Positions 29,944 to 39,764 of a DNA stretch of 64,000 nt are shown piece by piece. Position 1 is the first letter of the stretch; every line of letters begins with the position of its first letter. Below the pieces are notes generated by a model that was not told the origin of the DNA, made no database searches, and saw only the letters and a program-made list of their open reading frames with translations. This DNA comes from an uncultured delta proteobacterium (lineage in GTDB: Bacteria > Desulfobacterota > Binatia > UBA9968). The stretch spans positions 2,723,512 to 2,787,511 of the forward strand of contig CAWDMI010000002.1 in assembly GCA_963803415.1 (NCBI GenBank). Reading direction: 5' to 3'. The position numbers were made by a program, and so were the translations under genes.

Positions 29944-31749
29944 TTGGAGGGCAAGATGGGTAAGAAAAGAAAATTCAGTGCGCTGTTGAGTTTTGTCATG
30001 ATCACAGGGCTGGTTCTGTCTATGGGCCTTTCCCATGCTGAGGAAGCTCCCGTGCCGGCTCCGGCTGCAGGCACGGAGGCTAAACCGTCCGAGGCAGCAG
30101 CGCCTGCGCCTGAGGCGCCTCAAGCTGCGGCGGCACAAGCTCCGGCGCCGAAGCTGCCACCATATTTCACATCCACCAGCCCGGACCCACAGAAACCAAT
30201 GTGGCCGGATCAGGGCGGAGGTAACAGTGGCGCCTGGGCGACGCCTGCCGGCGATGGTAAGGGCGACATTCCCGATCAGCTAAAAGTCGGGGATCTATAC
30301 GACCGCATCGCCCATAATCTTTACTCCATCAACTTTGTATGGACGTTGGTCACCGGCTTCTTGGTAATGTTTATGCAAGCCGGTTTCATGTTTGTCGAGA
30401 CGGGGCTCTGTCGGGCGAAGAATGCCTCCCACACCTCGGCCATGAATTTTATGATTTATCCTCTCGGCTGTCTTGCCTTCTGGGCTTACGGGTTTGCGTT
30501 CGGCTGGGGGAACTGGTGGAACGGACCGGTGCCGCCGGGCTGGTATGCGTCGCTCGGTCCCGGCCTATCGGTGTTAAGCGAGGGTTGGGGGCTTGGGGCT
30601 GCTGTAGATGCTGCGGGGAAAGCCACTGGAGCATTCACCTATGGCATCATCGGTACGAAGGGGTTCTTCCTGAGCAGCGCTGTCGGAGACACGGGGGTGC
30701 TGGCGATCTTTTTCTTTATGATGGTTTTTATGGACACCACGGCGACGATCCCGACCGGCGCGATGGCTGAGCGCTGGGCGTGGAAGAACTTCTGTCTTTA
30801 TGGTGTGTGGGTCGCTCTGCCCTACTGTATCTATGCGAACTGGGTCTGGGGTGGAGGCTGGTTGGCGCAGGGCGGGATTAATTGGGGGCTTGGGCATGGG
30901 GCAGTCGATTTTGCGGGCTCGGGTGTCGTCCACGCGATGGGCGGCATTATCGGTCTTGCGGGAGCTATGGTTATAGGGTCGCGTATCGGCAAGTACGACT
31001 CACAGGGCCGGCCCAAAGCGCTGCCGGGTCACAATGTCCCGATGGTTGTCTGCGGCACTTTCATTCTTGCCTTTGGATGGTTCGGATTTAACCCCGGGTC
31101 GACCCTTTCCGGCACGGATCTCCGTATCAGCTACGTCGTCGTGAACACGCTGCTCGCCAGCGCCACGGGAGCCGTCGGCGCGCACTTGATGCTCTCTATG
31201 AAGGGCCTCAAGCCGGACCCGACGATGATGTGCAATGGTATGCTTGCGGGCCTCGTGGCGATCACTGCGCCGTGCGCCTTCGTCGATCCTTGGGGGGCAG
31301 CGGTCATCGGTCTGGTTGCAGGTTTCTTAGTTGTCATTAGTGTCTTCTTTTGGGAAAACTGCGGCATCGATGATCCGGTCGGCGCCATTTCGGTCCACGG
31401 TGTAAACGGTCTCTGGGGCGTGCTATCGGTGGGTATCTTTGCCACTGGGCAGTACGGCGCAGGTTGGGGGGGTGTGGTCCGTGACGAGTTCGTCAAGGCG
31501 TATGGTTCAGACGGCGTGCGCGGGCTCCTCTACGGCGACTTCTCGCAGTTCATCATGCAGGTCATCGACTGCGCGGTCGTGGCGGTATTCGGCTTCGTTA
31601 TGGCCTATGTATGGTTTAAGATCAGCGATGTCATTACGCCCATCCGTGTGAGCGCTGAGACCGAAATTGAGGGTCTTGACGGACCTGAGATGGGTACCCT
31701 CGGCTACCCGGACTTCCAGCTCCACTCAGGACAGCGGCTGGTAGAATAG
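29944..31749 (+). CDS. amt: Ammonium transporter (Amt family) with a signal peptide and a Pro/Ala-rich N-terminal extension
   Basis: Eleven transmembrane segments with the Amt signature regions (DFAGSGVVH, GFNPGS). The start may be at the downstream MGKK. Confidence 0.9.
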   Translation: MEGKMGKKRKFSALLSFVMITGLVLSMGLSHAEEAPVPAPAAGTEAKPSEAAAPAPEAPQAAAAQAPAPKLPPYFTSTSPDPQKPMWPDQGGGNSGAWATPAGDGKGDIPDQLKVGDLYDRIAHNLYSINFVWTLVTGFLVMFMQAGFMFVETGLCRAKNASHTSAMNFMIYPLGCLAFWAYGFAFGWGNWWNGPVPPGWYASLGPGLSVLSEGWGLGAAVDAAGKATGAFTYGIIGTKGFFLSSAVGDTGVLAIFFFMMVFMDTTATIPTGAMAERWAWKNFCLYGVWVALPYCIYANWVWGGGWLAQGGINWGLGHGAVDFAGSGVVHAMGGIIGLAGAMVIGSRIGKYDSQGRPKALPGHNVPMVVCGTFILAFGWFGFNPGSTLSGTDLRISYVVVNTLLASATGAVGAHLMLSMKGLKPDPTMMCNGMLAGLVAITAPCAFVDPWGAAVIGLVAGFLVVISVFFWENCGIDDPVGAISVHGVNGLWGVLSVGIFATGQYGAGWGGVVRDEFVKAYGSDGVRGLLYGDFSQFIMQVIDCAVVAVFGFVMAYVWFKISDVITPIRVSAETEIEGLDGPEMGTLGYPDFQLHSGQRLVE

Positions 31750-32256
31750 TCGGGAGGGAGTCAACGGCGAAGGCCCGGCTCGCAAGAGTCCGGGCCTTTT
31801 TTGATTCCGCTTGGGCTCAAGAAATAACCGCAGGTTTTGTGAAGAATTGCTCCGGTTTACCCGGTTACGTTTTGCGCAGTCCATTGTTTATCAAATAATT
31901 CCGCTTGAGCTTTGCCGGAGGTTAATGGAAAAATGCTCAGCGTATAGGTGCTTTTGCGAACTCCCCAGCGCGGCTTTTGCTCCCTACGAGCGAATAGTGC
32001 GCGGTAGCTAAGGAGAACGAAGCATGGAACGCAAAACAGTCGTTAAGCCCTGTCGGATCTACAAGTTATCCGTGGTGGCTGTGAGATTGTGCCCAGTTCC
32101 CGCCCTCTGGCGGGAGTATCCCGCTCTGCCAGCCAGATATATCGAGGATCTCTGTTTGAAGCGGACCGCTTCCAGCACCCCTAGCCCGCTAGGGCCGCTG
32201 GGGAGCCGAGTCAGTTCAACACAAGAAACTCGAGACGCAAAACTCCAAACCCGCCT

Positions 32257-32982
32257 TTAGCCGCGGATGGCCGAAGAGCTATTAATCGTCGCATGCAGAT
32301 TGCGAGCGAAGGCGTTTGCGCCAATCGGATCCATGTCGTAAGCCGATCTAGCGTATTCCTTGGTGCCCGTGAGTGCGGCACGCGAATACCCTCCGAGCTT
32401 GCTCACAAATTCACGGGTGACGGACTCAAACTCAGTTGCCGGCACAACCCGACTTACCAGGCCAAAGGAAAGCGCCAAGCTGGCGTCGATTTCGTCCGTC
32501 GAATACACGAGATACATAAGCTCCTTTCGCGAAACACGGTCAATTAGCGCCGACATCGCCAGGCTGGGCATGATGTGGTGCGCCATTTCCGGCAACTGAA
32601 AACGGGCTTTGTCGCTCGCGATGGTAACGTCGCAAAGCGCGGCAATCGCGCAACCAAGGCCGGCGGCACGCCCTTGAACGACACCGATGACTGGTACCAC
32701 CGAACGGCGGAAAGCATCGTATAAATTCAGGATCGTGTCGATTCTGTCACGCATCACGTAGGCCTCAATATTGGGCGCCGCTTGCCCCATAGCCTCGCGT
32801 CCCAGACAAAAATCCTCCCCGGCGCTCGCGAGCACGGTGAGCTTTGAATTGTTCGCCGCAGCATCAATCATAGCAGCCAAATCCCCCAACTGCGGGTCAG
32901 TAAGCCGATTGCCGACCTCAGGCCGGTTCAATGTGATCTTGGTAACGTCCCCGTCGCGCTCTTTAAGAATTGGATCAGCCAT
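32257..32982 (-). CDS. Enoyl-CoA hydratase/isomerase (crotonase) family protein
   Basis: Crotonase-fold pattern (VIGVVQGRAAGLGCAIAALCDVTIAS). Confidence 0.65.
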   Translation of the reverse strand: MADPILKERDGDVTKITLNRPEVGNRLTDPQLGDLAAMIDAAANNSKLTVLASAGEDFCLGREAMGQAAPNIEAYVMRDRIDTILNLYDAFRRSVVPVIGVVQGRAAGLGCAIAALCDVTIASDKARFQLPEMAHHIMPSLAMSALIDRVSRKELMYLVYSTDEIDASLALSFGLVSRVVPATEFESVTREFVSKLGGYSRAALTGTKEYARSAYDMDPIGANAFARNLHATINSSSAIRG

Positions 32983-33235
32983 TTTTTCTCCCTCGTGATT
33001 GAAGATCACCAATTTATATAGGGCCGCGGCGAGCGGCGCAATCTGCCGACCGGAACAAAAACGAAGTGTCGCAAGTTCAGCAAAGCAAAGTCCACAAGCA
33101 AGTAAATTTTTCCTTTCTGCGACTTTTTTCCTGTGTCGAACAGGCTGGCGCCGGAATTAAGGTCGGAATTGATTGAAGTTCTCACGTGGAATGGCTTTTG
33201 CTCTTGTCTAATATGAGGAGAAAGGAGGCTCGGCG

Positions 33236-33370
33236 ATGGAACGAATAACAAAAGCAAGAAAAATGTTGGTCGTCGCCATGCTGGCAGTGGTGATGGCTTC
33301 TGCTGCGGGGTGTCATCACTTTTACAACCGGCATTTCAGCGACTATTCTAACCACCACGATCGTGGCTAA
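33236..33370 (+). CDS. Small (44-aa) putative lipoprotein with a His-rich tail (MERITKARKMLVVAMLAVVMASAAGCHHFYNRHFSDYSNHHDRG)
   Basis: Strong RBS gaggagaaaggagg, signal peptide with a lipobox-like AAGC. It is below the ORF-track cutoff and was translated by hand. Confidence 0.35.
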   Translation: MERITKARKMLVVAMLAVVMASAAGCHHFYNRHFSDYSNHHDRG

Positions 33371-33427
33371 ATGTGGCTAAAGAAGTGGAGCAAAACGCAA
33401 TAAATTGACTCAATCCCTAAGCGTTAG

Positions 33428-33467
33428 CGGAAGGGCCGGAGATCTTGTTGGGGATCAAACCCTCAAC
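33428..33467. terminator. Strong hairpin (13/14-bp stem ggagatcttgttg / caacaaggatctcc, 13-nt loop) downstream of the small lipoprotein ORF
   Basis: The inverted repeat was read directly. The T-rich tract begins after a short gap. It could instead be a structured RNA. Confidence 0.4.
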
Positions 33468-33701
33468 AAGGATCTCCGTGTCCCGTTTGCGGTTACAATA
33501 ATTTCTTGTCTCTGAGTTTTCTTCTGTTTTTCCTTGCCGTGATCTCATACCGGAAGCTAGAGTTTTTTCCAAACAGCTGGATCGACCCGCCATCGTGCGG
33601 CCGCAAGGCAGTCAATGAAAATGAGCCGATTTGAGCCGATTATAAAATAGAAGCGGCCGCTCGTTCATGGGTAGCCGCTTCTATCTTGACGGAGGGAGAC
33701 G

Positions 33702-34199
33702 CTAGTTGTTTTTGCCTTCGGCCTTCTTTTGGCGAAATTGCTCCCTCATCTCAGCCCATTTGGCATGCATCTGCTCCCTATATTGAACGGCCTGGACCAA
33801 TTGGTCTGGCGTTAGTAATTTCCGGATCTCAAGGTTGACCTTGAGGTTCTCGTCCGCGAGCTGACTCTGCAGCTGGGAAAGCTGTTGGGTCTGAGGCGTT
33901 AGGTCAGGCTCTGTCACATTCTCCGTAGATAGGATCCTATTTTCGATCTCGCTGTGGATCGAGTGCATTTGACCGAGAAGCTCGCGGAAGGTGGAACGAT
34001 GGTTTGCCATGATCTGTTGTACCTGCGTCGTTTGCTCAGCTGTGAGATCCACTCCCCGTAACAACATGGGGAAAGTCATCCCCATGGGATGTCTCATTAT
34101 GCCTCTTGGTCTGACAGGCGCCGGATCCCCGTAGGTCAGAGTTACCCCCAATCCCGCCACTATCAAGAGTGCGGCCAATATACCCAAAGATTTCTTCAT
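33702..34199 (-). CDS. Periplasmic Spy/CpxP/ZraP-family (LTXXQ-motif) protein
   Basis: Signal peptide MKKSLGILAALLIVAG, two LTxxQ motifs (LTAEQTTQV, LTPDQLVQ), helical and Q-rich. Confidence 0.65.
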   Translation of the reverse strand: MKKSLGILAALLIVAGLGVTLTYGDPAPVRPRGIMRHPMGMTFPMLLRGVDLTAEQTTQVQQIMANHRSTFRELLGQMHSIHSEIENRILSTENVTEPDLTPQTQQLSQLQSQLADENLKVNLEIRKLLTPDQLVQAVQYREQMHAKWAEMREQFRQKKAEGKNN

Positions 34200-34486
34200 A
34201 ATTTTCTCCTTACTTAGATGAACTTGCCTTCTATAGGCGACAAAAGCTCCCCTCGGTATACGTGCCACTGTTCTTGACGGGGGATAGCAGCCCTGTGTAT
34301 AGTGCGCGCGGTTTCCTCGGATTGTCAATTTGTGGTGGGAGTTTCTTTCAGCGCCGGAAACCATGATGTTTCTCTAAGATCGAACGGAAGGCGGAACTGC
34401 AGGAATAAGTGATGAGGTGGTCGACCGGTCAAGCCGCTCGAGCATAGGCCTTGGAAATGAGATAGGATTAAAGAGGAGTCGAGCGC

Positions 34487-34759
34487 ATGCTTTACAATAA
34501 AGAACGCCTGTGTGCTCTTATGAATTCCCATGGACTTGACGGCGTTGTGGCAACCACAGCCGAAAGCATTCTATATTTGAGCGGGTTTGCCTCGTGGAGC
34601 CAGGGCGCCTATAAATATGGAAATTCACATCCTTTGTCGTATTCCCGCGCGACCCGGCGAAGTCCCCCGCACTGCTCGTCGCTGGCGGTAACGGAGAAGG
34701 GAAGCGAATATCTCAGTTCTCCACGGCAGCAAAAGCTCCACTCGTTACCGCTGAGCTGA
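34487..34759 (+). pseudogene. Remnant of an M24 aminopeptidase/creatinase N-terminal domain (truncated, with an internal frameshift)
   Basis: MLYNKERLCALMNSHGLDGVVATTAESILYLSGF matches the creatinase_N start. The ORF is only 90 aa before the next gene. A second frame reads ...PALLVAGGNGEG.... Confidence 0.35.
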
Positions 34760-34777
34760 ACATTTTGAGGATTCTTT

Positions 34778-35887
34778 ATGGAAGTGATTCCCAGGATTAA
34801 TCCGCCGTTACGTACGCTGCTTGGCCCAGGGCCAAGCCCGGTTCATCCGCGTGTGCTCGAGGTCATGGCGCTGCCCCTTATCGGCCATCTCGATCCAGCC
34901 TTTCTCAGAATCATGGACCAGAGCATGGCGATGCTGCAACAGGTCTTTCAAACCAGGAATCGACTGGCGTTGCCGATGTCCGGCACCGGCAGCGCGGGGA
35001 TGGAAACCTGTTTTGTGAATCTTGTCGAGCCCGGCGATGCTGTCCTTATTGGCGTCAACGGCGTGTTCGGCACGCGCATGGTGGACGTTGCCCAGCGCTG
35101 CGGCGCGCAGGTCGATACGGTCGAGGCCGAGTGGGGCAGTGCCCTCGAACCGGACCAATTTCGTGCCGCCCTGGCAAACAAAGCCTACAAAGTAGTCGCC
35201 CTAGTGCACGCGGAAACCTCGACCGGCGTGCTCCAACCACTCGAAGAGATAGCGCGGTTGGTGCACGAGCGCGGCGGCTTGTTTCTGGTCGATGCCGTAA
35301 CTTCGCTCGGTGGCGCGCCGGTCAAGGTCGATGCCTGGAGCATCGATGCTTGTTACAGCGGAACGCAGAAGTGTCTGAGCTGTCCGCCCGGGCTTTCACC
35401 GGTGACTCTCAATGAACGGGCTATCGAGGCGGTGCGGAAGCGGAAGCACAAAGTGCAGAGCTGGTACCTCGATTTATCCATGATCGAAAAATATTGGGGC
35501 AGCGAGCGCGTCTATCATCACACGGCACCGATCTCAATGAACTATGCGCTCCACGAGGCGCTGCGGGCCGTGCTCAAGGAAAGTCTCACGGCTTGCTGGG
35601 AGCGCCACCGCCAGGTGCATGAAACCTTTATCCGCGAGATTCAAAAGATCGGCCTCGAACCCGCCGTCGCAGAACCCATTCGCGCGCCCATGATCAACGC
35701 GGTGGGCATTCCGCCGGGAATAGATGACGCGCGCGTGCGCCAGCGTCTCTACGATGACTTCAACATTGAGATTGGCGCCGGTCTCGGGCCATTGAAGGGC
35801 AAGATCTGGCGCGTGGGGCTGATGGGACATGGGGCGAGAGTGGAAAACGTTGAGCTGCTCATTCACGCCTTAAGGCAGGTGATTTAA
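34778..35887 (+). CDS. Class V aminotransferase (alanine-glyoxylate / serine-pyruvate aminotransferase-like)
   Basis: PLP-lysine region [12 protein letters not shown]; overall AGXT family pattern. Confidence 0.8.
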   Translation: MEVIPRINPPLRTLLGPGPSPVHPRVLEVMALPLIGHLDPAFLRIMDQSMAMLQQVFQTRNRLALPMSGTGSAGMETCFVNLVEPGDAVLIGVNGVFGTRMVDVAQRCGAQVDTVEAEWGSALEPDQFRAALANKAYKVVALVHAETSTGVLQPLEEIARLVHERGGLFLVDAVTSLGGAPVKVDAWSIDACYSGTQKCLSCPPGLSPVTLNERAIEAVRKRKHKVQSWYLDLSMIEKYWGSERVYHHTAPISMNYALHEALRAVLKESLTACWERHRQVHETFIREIQKIGLEPAVAEPIRAPMINAVGIPPGIDDARVRQRLYDDFNIEIGAGLGPLKGKIWRVGLMGHGARVENVELLIHALRQVI

Positions 35888-35911
35888 AAAACACTGGTTT
35901 CGGAGGCGAAC

Positions 35912-37003
35912 ATGAAAATTACCAAGGTTAAGGCAACGACTCACAATATTCCGGTTGATGTCCCTCTGCTCAACACCAAAACCTATCGCCCGATCACGTT
36001 TGCCGCAGTTGAGACCGACGAGGGAGTCGCCGGTTACGGTTTAACCAGCGCGCCCCAGCGATTCGGCATCAAGGAGTTTATCAACCGGGAGGTTGCGCCC
36101 TTTCTAAACGGGAAGAACCCCCTGGAGACCGAACGCATCTGGCACGAGCTGCAGCGCGCGTTCAATGCGCGCTCGCAGGGTGGCGCCTGGAGTGGCGCGG
36201 TGAGCGCGATTGATATTGCCCTGTGGGATATCAAGGGCAAGAAGTACGGTGAGCCGGTATGGCGGCTGTTAGGCGGAGCGCAGAATCCTGTCGCCTGCTA
36301 CATCACGTTTGGATTGCGTGAGTTCAATATCGAGCAGCTGGTCGAGATGGCGAAAAGATTTGTCAATGAGGGACAGGACAAACTGAAAATGGTCGTGGGC
36401 ATCAATCAGGGTCAGAGCCATCTCGAAGACGTGAGGCGCGTCAAAGCCGTGCGCGATGCGATCGGCGAAAGTGTGGACCTTATGGTCGACGGCAATTGCG
36501 TGTTCCCGTTCAATCGTGCCCTGGAATTATGCAAGCTTCTGGAGCCGTATCGGCTCGCATGGTTTGAAGAGCCGGTGTATCAAAATGACGCGAAACTACT
36601 GGCTGACTTGCGGCGGCGCACTTCCATCCCGCTCTCCGCGGGGCAGGGCGAGAGCCATCGCTTGCGCCATCGCGAGCTGATCGTCAATCAGGCGGTGGAT
36701 ATTCTCCAACCGAACGTATGCTACGTCGGCGGTTACACGGAAGCTATGAAAGTAGCGGCCATGGCCCAGACCTTCAACCTGCTCATCGCCAACGGGGGAG
36801 GCTGGCCGCACCACAATATGCATTTCTTCGCGGCGGTGCCCAATGGCTGGCGCGTCGAATTCCACTACGTCATGTGGAAGGTGGGCGAAACCATTTATCA
36901 CGATCCTCCCGTGCCATCGCGCGGTTGGGTGACACTGAGAGAAGATCCCGGTCTGGGCCTGGAACCGAGGTGGGATGCGCTCAAGGAATACGAGGAGAAG
37001 TAA
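35912..37003 (+). CDS. Enolase-superfamily enzyme (mandelate racemase/muconate lactonizing enzyme family)
   Basis: ALWDIKGKKYGEPVWRLLGG and the metal-ligand region DGN....EEP. Confidence 0.8.
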   Translation: MKITKVKATTHNIPVDVPLLNTKTYRPITFAAVETDEGVAGYGLTSAPQRFGIKEFINREVAPFLNGKNPLETERIWHELQRAFNARSQGGAWSGAVSAIDIALWDIKGKKYGEPVWRLLGGAQNPVACYITFGLREFNIEQLVEMAKRFVNEGQDKLKMVVGINQGQSHLEDVRRVKAVRDAIGESVDLMVDGNCVFPFNRALELCKLLEPYRLAWFEEPVYQNDAKLLADLRRRTSIPLSAGQGESHRLRHRELIVNQAVDILQPNVCYVGGYTEAMKVAAMAQTFNLLIANGGGWPHHNMHFFAAVPNGWRVEFHYVMWKVGETIYHDPPVPSRGWVTLREDPGLGLEPRWDALKEYEEK

Positions 37004-37011
37004 GGCGTGAC

Positions 37012-37044
37012 TCGTGTTCGTGAAAAGTGCGAGCACGAACACGA
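37012..37044. terminator. Hairpin formed by a CACGAA-unit inverted repeat (tcgtgttcgtg / cacgaacacga, 11-bp perfect stem) between convergent genes
   Basis: Read directly. It is part of the CACGAR repeat family. Confidence 0.45.
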
Positions 37045-37059
37045 GCACGGTCACGGATT

Positions 37060-37608
37060 TTAGATTGTAAGATCCTCGGGAGGGCTGACATGCGCGACGT
37101 CGAATGCGTTTAGCGTGCACGCAAGCATCGCGTAGTAGCCTATCGTTGCCGTAAGCTCGACCAATCCCTGTACCCCGAGGCGGCTGTGCATCGCCTGAAA
37201 TGTCGGTTCGCTCACTCGATGAGAATGCAGAAGTTCCCGGACATAACGCACTAGCTCGGCTTCGTTCGGGGCCAAAACATCGGCGGGGAGTCGCTGGTGG
37301 ATCGCCCGAATCGTTGCTAAAGAGATTCCTGTCTTTTGCGCGTGCGCGATGTGGGCCGCCCATTCATGTTTGCATTCCAGCTCGCGCGCCGTAGCCAGAG
37401 CGGCTAGCTCCAAGACCGTGCGATCTAAACTTGACTCGAAGCGAATGTAGGTTCCGAGATGAGCGGTCCGCTCTGTAACCGTGGGGCTGTGCAGTAACGC
37501 GGAGAATGGACCCTGAACTCTGCCACGCGTTTGCGCGATCGCGTCGTAGAGCGGGTGATATTCGCTAGACAAATCTTGTTTCTTTTCGATCAGCGGGATT
37601 CTTGCCAT
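37060..37608 (-). CDS. Carboxymuconolactone decarboxylase family (AhpD-like) protein
   Basis: Typical CMD-family length and the LELAALATARELECKHEWAAH pattern. Confidence 0.7.
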   Translation of the reverse strand: MARIPLIEKKQDLSSEYHPLYDAIAQTRGRVQGPFSALLHSPTVTERTAHLGTYIRFESSLDRTVLELAALATARELECKHEWAAHIAHAQKTGISLATIRAIHQRLPADVLAPNEAELVRYVRELLHSHRVSEPTFQAMHSRLGVQGLVELTATIGYYAMLACTLNAFDVAHVSPPEDLTI

Positions 37609-37625
37609 TGGTTCCTCCTTAGGCG

Positions 37626-38037
37626 TCAGTAAAACCTATTCTTACAAGGTTTATTCCGGAAGTGCCAAGGAAAACGAGCGCTAACCAACGCGGGGCTAGT
37701 AACCTGCTCGGGGCAAAGCGATCGGTTCGACACTAGAAAGGCAGTCGAATTGATTGACGGCGCATCGAGATCGAAGCCGTCGACAATAGCTTTCGGGTAG
37801 CTCTTCGCGATCGCAATGCTCGACCAGCCCGCTCCCGCGCCCACATTGGCCACGCGCCCCGGCGGGTCGGCGAGAAGCCTCCGATACGCGTCGGGAATGG
37901 CCGGTAACCATGATCTCGCTCAGGGCTTTGTAATAACCGAGACGAACTCCAAGGTACATACCGAATATTTCGAAAGTGCCTCGGGCCGACTCAAGGATTT
38001 TTCCCACGAAGGCTTCCAGTTGTTGCGAATCGTTCAT
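37626..38037 (-). pseudogene. Fragments of a class I SAM-dependent (O-)methyltransferase (N-terminal dimerisation part plus GxGxG motif), truncated and frameshifted
   Basis: ORF 37696..38037 reads LEAFVGKILESARGTFEIFGMYLGVRLGYYKAL, a methyltransferase N-terminus. ORF 37626..37853 reads VGAGAGWSSIAIAKSYPKAIVDGFDLDAPSI, the SAM motif I. The rest of the domain is missing. Confidence 0.4.
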
Positions 38038-38219
38038 ACATGCTCCGGTTTCTCTCTCACGGTTTCCTGTTGACTTCTCGCTGTGCCGTAATCGGCGCCG
38101 GAATGATGTTCCAAACGACCGTTCATGTAGTGCATCGGTTCCAAAGGCCGCGGCCCACAGATTCTACGTGGGACGAGCGTTTACCACTGTTATCCGTTGG
38201 ACGACCACCGGTATCCGCG

Positions 38220-39602
38220 TCAAGGTTTGATGTTCTGATTGAAGTGGAAAACATTTTTCGGATCGTAGCGTCTTTTGATCTCCAACAGACGCTCATAATT
38301 GGATCCGTAGGCCGCGGCGACACGGTCGCCCTCCTCGTCGGTCATAAAGTTTACGTAAGCGCCAGCCGACGCGTAGGGCGCACTGGCTTTAAAAAACTCC
38401 CGTGCCCATGCAATACACTTCTGGTCATCCCGCGCTTCATCCCAACGCCCGTGCACGTTCAGCACGAACTTCGCGTCTCTGTGACCATAGGCCATCGCGT
38501 TAGGGGCGACACGGTTCGGGGCACCGGCAATTAGTCCTATGAAAATCTCACACTGCGGGGAGGGCAGCTTCCCGGCGAACTCGATAATCGCATTCAGCGC
38601 TCCGTCGGCGAGCTCCGTGAAGTTATGGGACTTCCAGTAATTTCGCGCGCCCGGCGTCAGCAACGGGTCAAAGGCCTTTTGCCATTGAACGTAGGGTTGA
38701 GCGCCGATATGCTCGCCGTGAGCATTGCCGAAAGTGCGCAGTTGAGCGATGAGTTTCTCTGCTTCCGCGGCGGCGCCGGAGTAAAAGATAGGCAGCAGGA
38801 CGACTTCCTTGCCGTGTACGTTTTCCGGAAGAAAAGGCAACGGAGGAGCTTTCCGCAGCACGGCCCAGACATTGAGATCCTCGGGTGCGGAATTTACAAA
38901 TTGACGATACTTGGTAAGGATCTGCTTTGCCTGGCTGAACGGAAAGACGATCAAGCCGGCGACGATTTCGGGACCCACCGGGAAAAGTTGGAATTCGAAC
39001 TGGGTGACGACGCCAAAGTTTCCGCCGCCGCCGCGAATCGCCCAGAAAAGATCCGCATTGTCGTTTTCACTGGCTCGTATTTTCTTCCCTTCGGCCGTAA
39101 TCATGTCGACGGAGACGAGATTATCGATCGTCATGCCGTATTTGCGCGTCAACCAGCCGAAGCCGCCGCCCAACGTTAAACCCGCGATGCCCGTCGTGGA
39201 ATTGATGCCCACCGGAGTTGCCAGGCCATGCGCTTGAGTGGCATCGTCCAAATCCGCTAGCGTCGCGCCGGGCTCGACATAGGCGCGCTGTTTCCCGCTA
39301 TCCACGCGCACCTTCTTCATTCTTGAAAAATCGATCGTGACTCCGTTGTCGCACAGGGCATTCCCGGCGATGTTATGTCCGGCGCCGCGAATTGACAGTT
39401 CAAGACCGTTTTGCTGCGCGAACCTGATCACCGGCTGGACATCGTCAGCCTGCGCGCACTGCACGATCGCCGCCGGTCGGCGATCGATCATCGCATTCCA
39501 TATCTGGCGCGCTTCCTCGTAACCGGTGTCATCAGGAACTACGACGCTCCCCTTGATAAGACCTTTAATCTCTTCTTTCGCCTTCAGCGATAGCGTTGTC
39601 AT
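38220..39602 (-). CDS. FAD-binding oxidoreductase with BBE (berberine-bridge-enzyme-like) domain
   Basis: FAD_binding_4 motif RGAGHNIAGNA; C-terminal BBE-like YVNF...RLLEIKRRYDPKNVFHFNQNI. Confidence 0.8.
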   Translation of the reverse strand: MTTLSLKAKEEIKGLIKGSVVVPDDTGYEEARQIWNAMIDRRPAAIVQCAQADDVQPVIRFAQQNGLELSIRGAGHNIAGNALCDNGVTIDFSRMKKVRVDSGKQRAYVEPGATLADLDDATQAHGLATPVGINSTTGIAGLTLGGGFGWLTRKYGMTIDNLVSVDMITAEGKKIRASENDNADLFWAIRGGGGNFGVVTQFEFQLFPVGPEIVAGLIVFPFSQAKQILTKYRQFVNSAPEDLNVWAVLRKAPPLPFLPENVHGKEVVLLPIFYSGAAAEAEKLIAQLRTFGNAHGEHIGAQPYVQWQKAFDPLLTPGARNYWKSHNFTELADGALNAIIEFAGKLPSPQCEIFIGLIAGAPNRVAPNAMAYGHRDAKFVLNVHGRWDEARDDQKCIAWAREFFKASAPYASAGAYVNFMTDEEGDRVAAAYGSNYERLLEIKRRYDPKNVFHFNQNIKP

Positions 39603-39764
39603 GTTGTGTGCACCTCCTCGTCAAATTTTGGATTGTTAGCAAAACGCTAGTGCCATTGGTTCAATCGGATCGGGCTCATCTGGCTCAGTCGCCGCGACAA
39701 GGGCACCAATCTCACCACTTCGTCTAAAATCACCTCGGTCGTCTCTCTTAAGCCAGGGATTAAA

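Noticed and set aside
29484-30138. Minus-strand ORFs (196 and 118 aa) upstream of and overlapping the amt start
   Set aside because: They overlap the amt promoter and N-terminus and have no motifs. They are probably spurious.
34199-34330. Sigma-54 promoter for the Spy/CpxP-like gene (by analogy with zraP)
   Set aside because: The TGGCACGTATACCGAG sequence upstream has a good -24 box but no TTGC -12 element at the correct spacing.
38040-39237. Several plus-strand ORFs (164, 184 and 108 aa)
   Set aside because: They are antisense to the BBE FAD oxidase gene.
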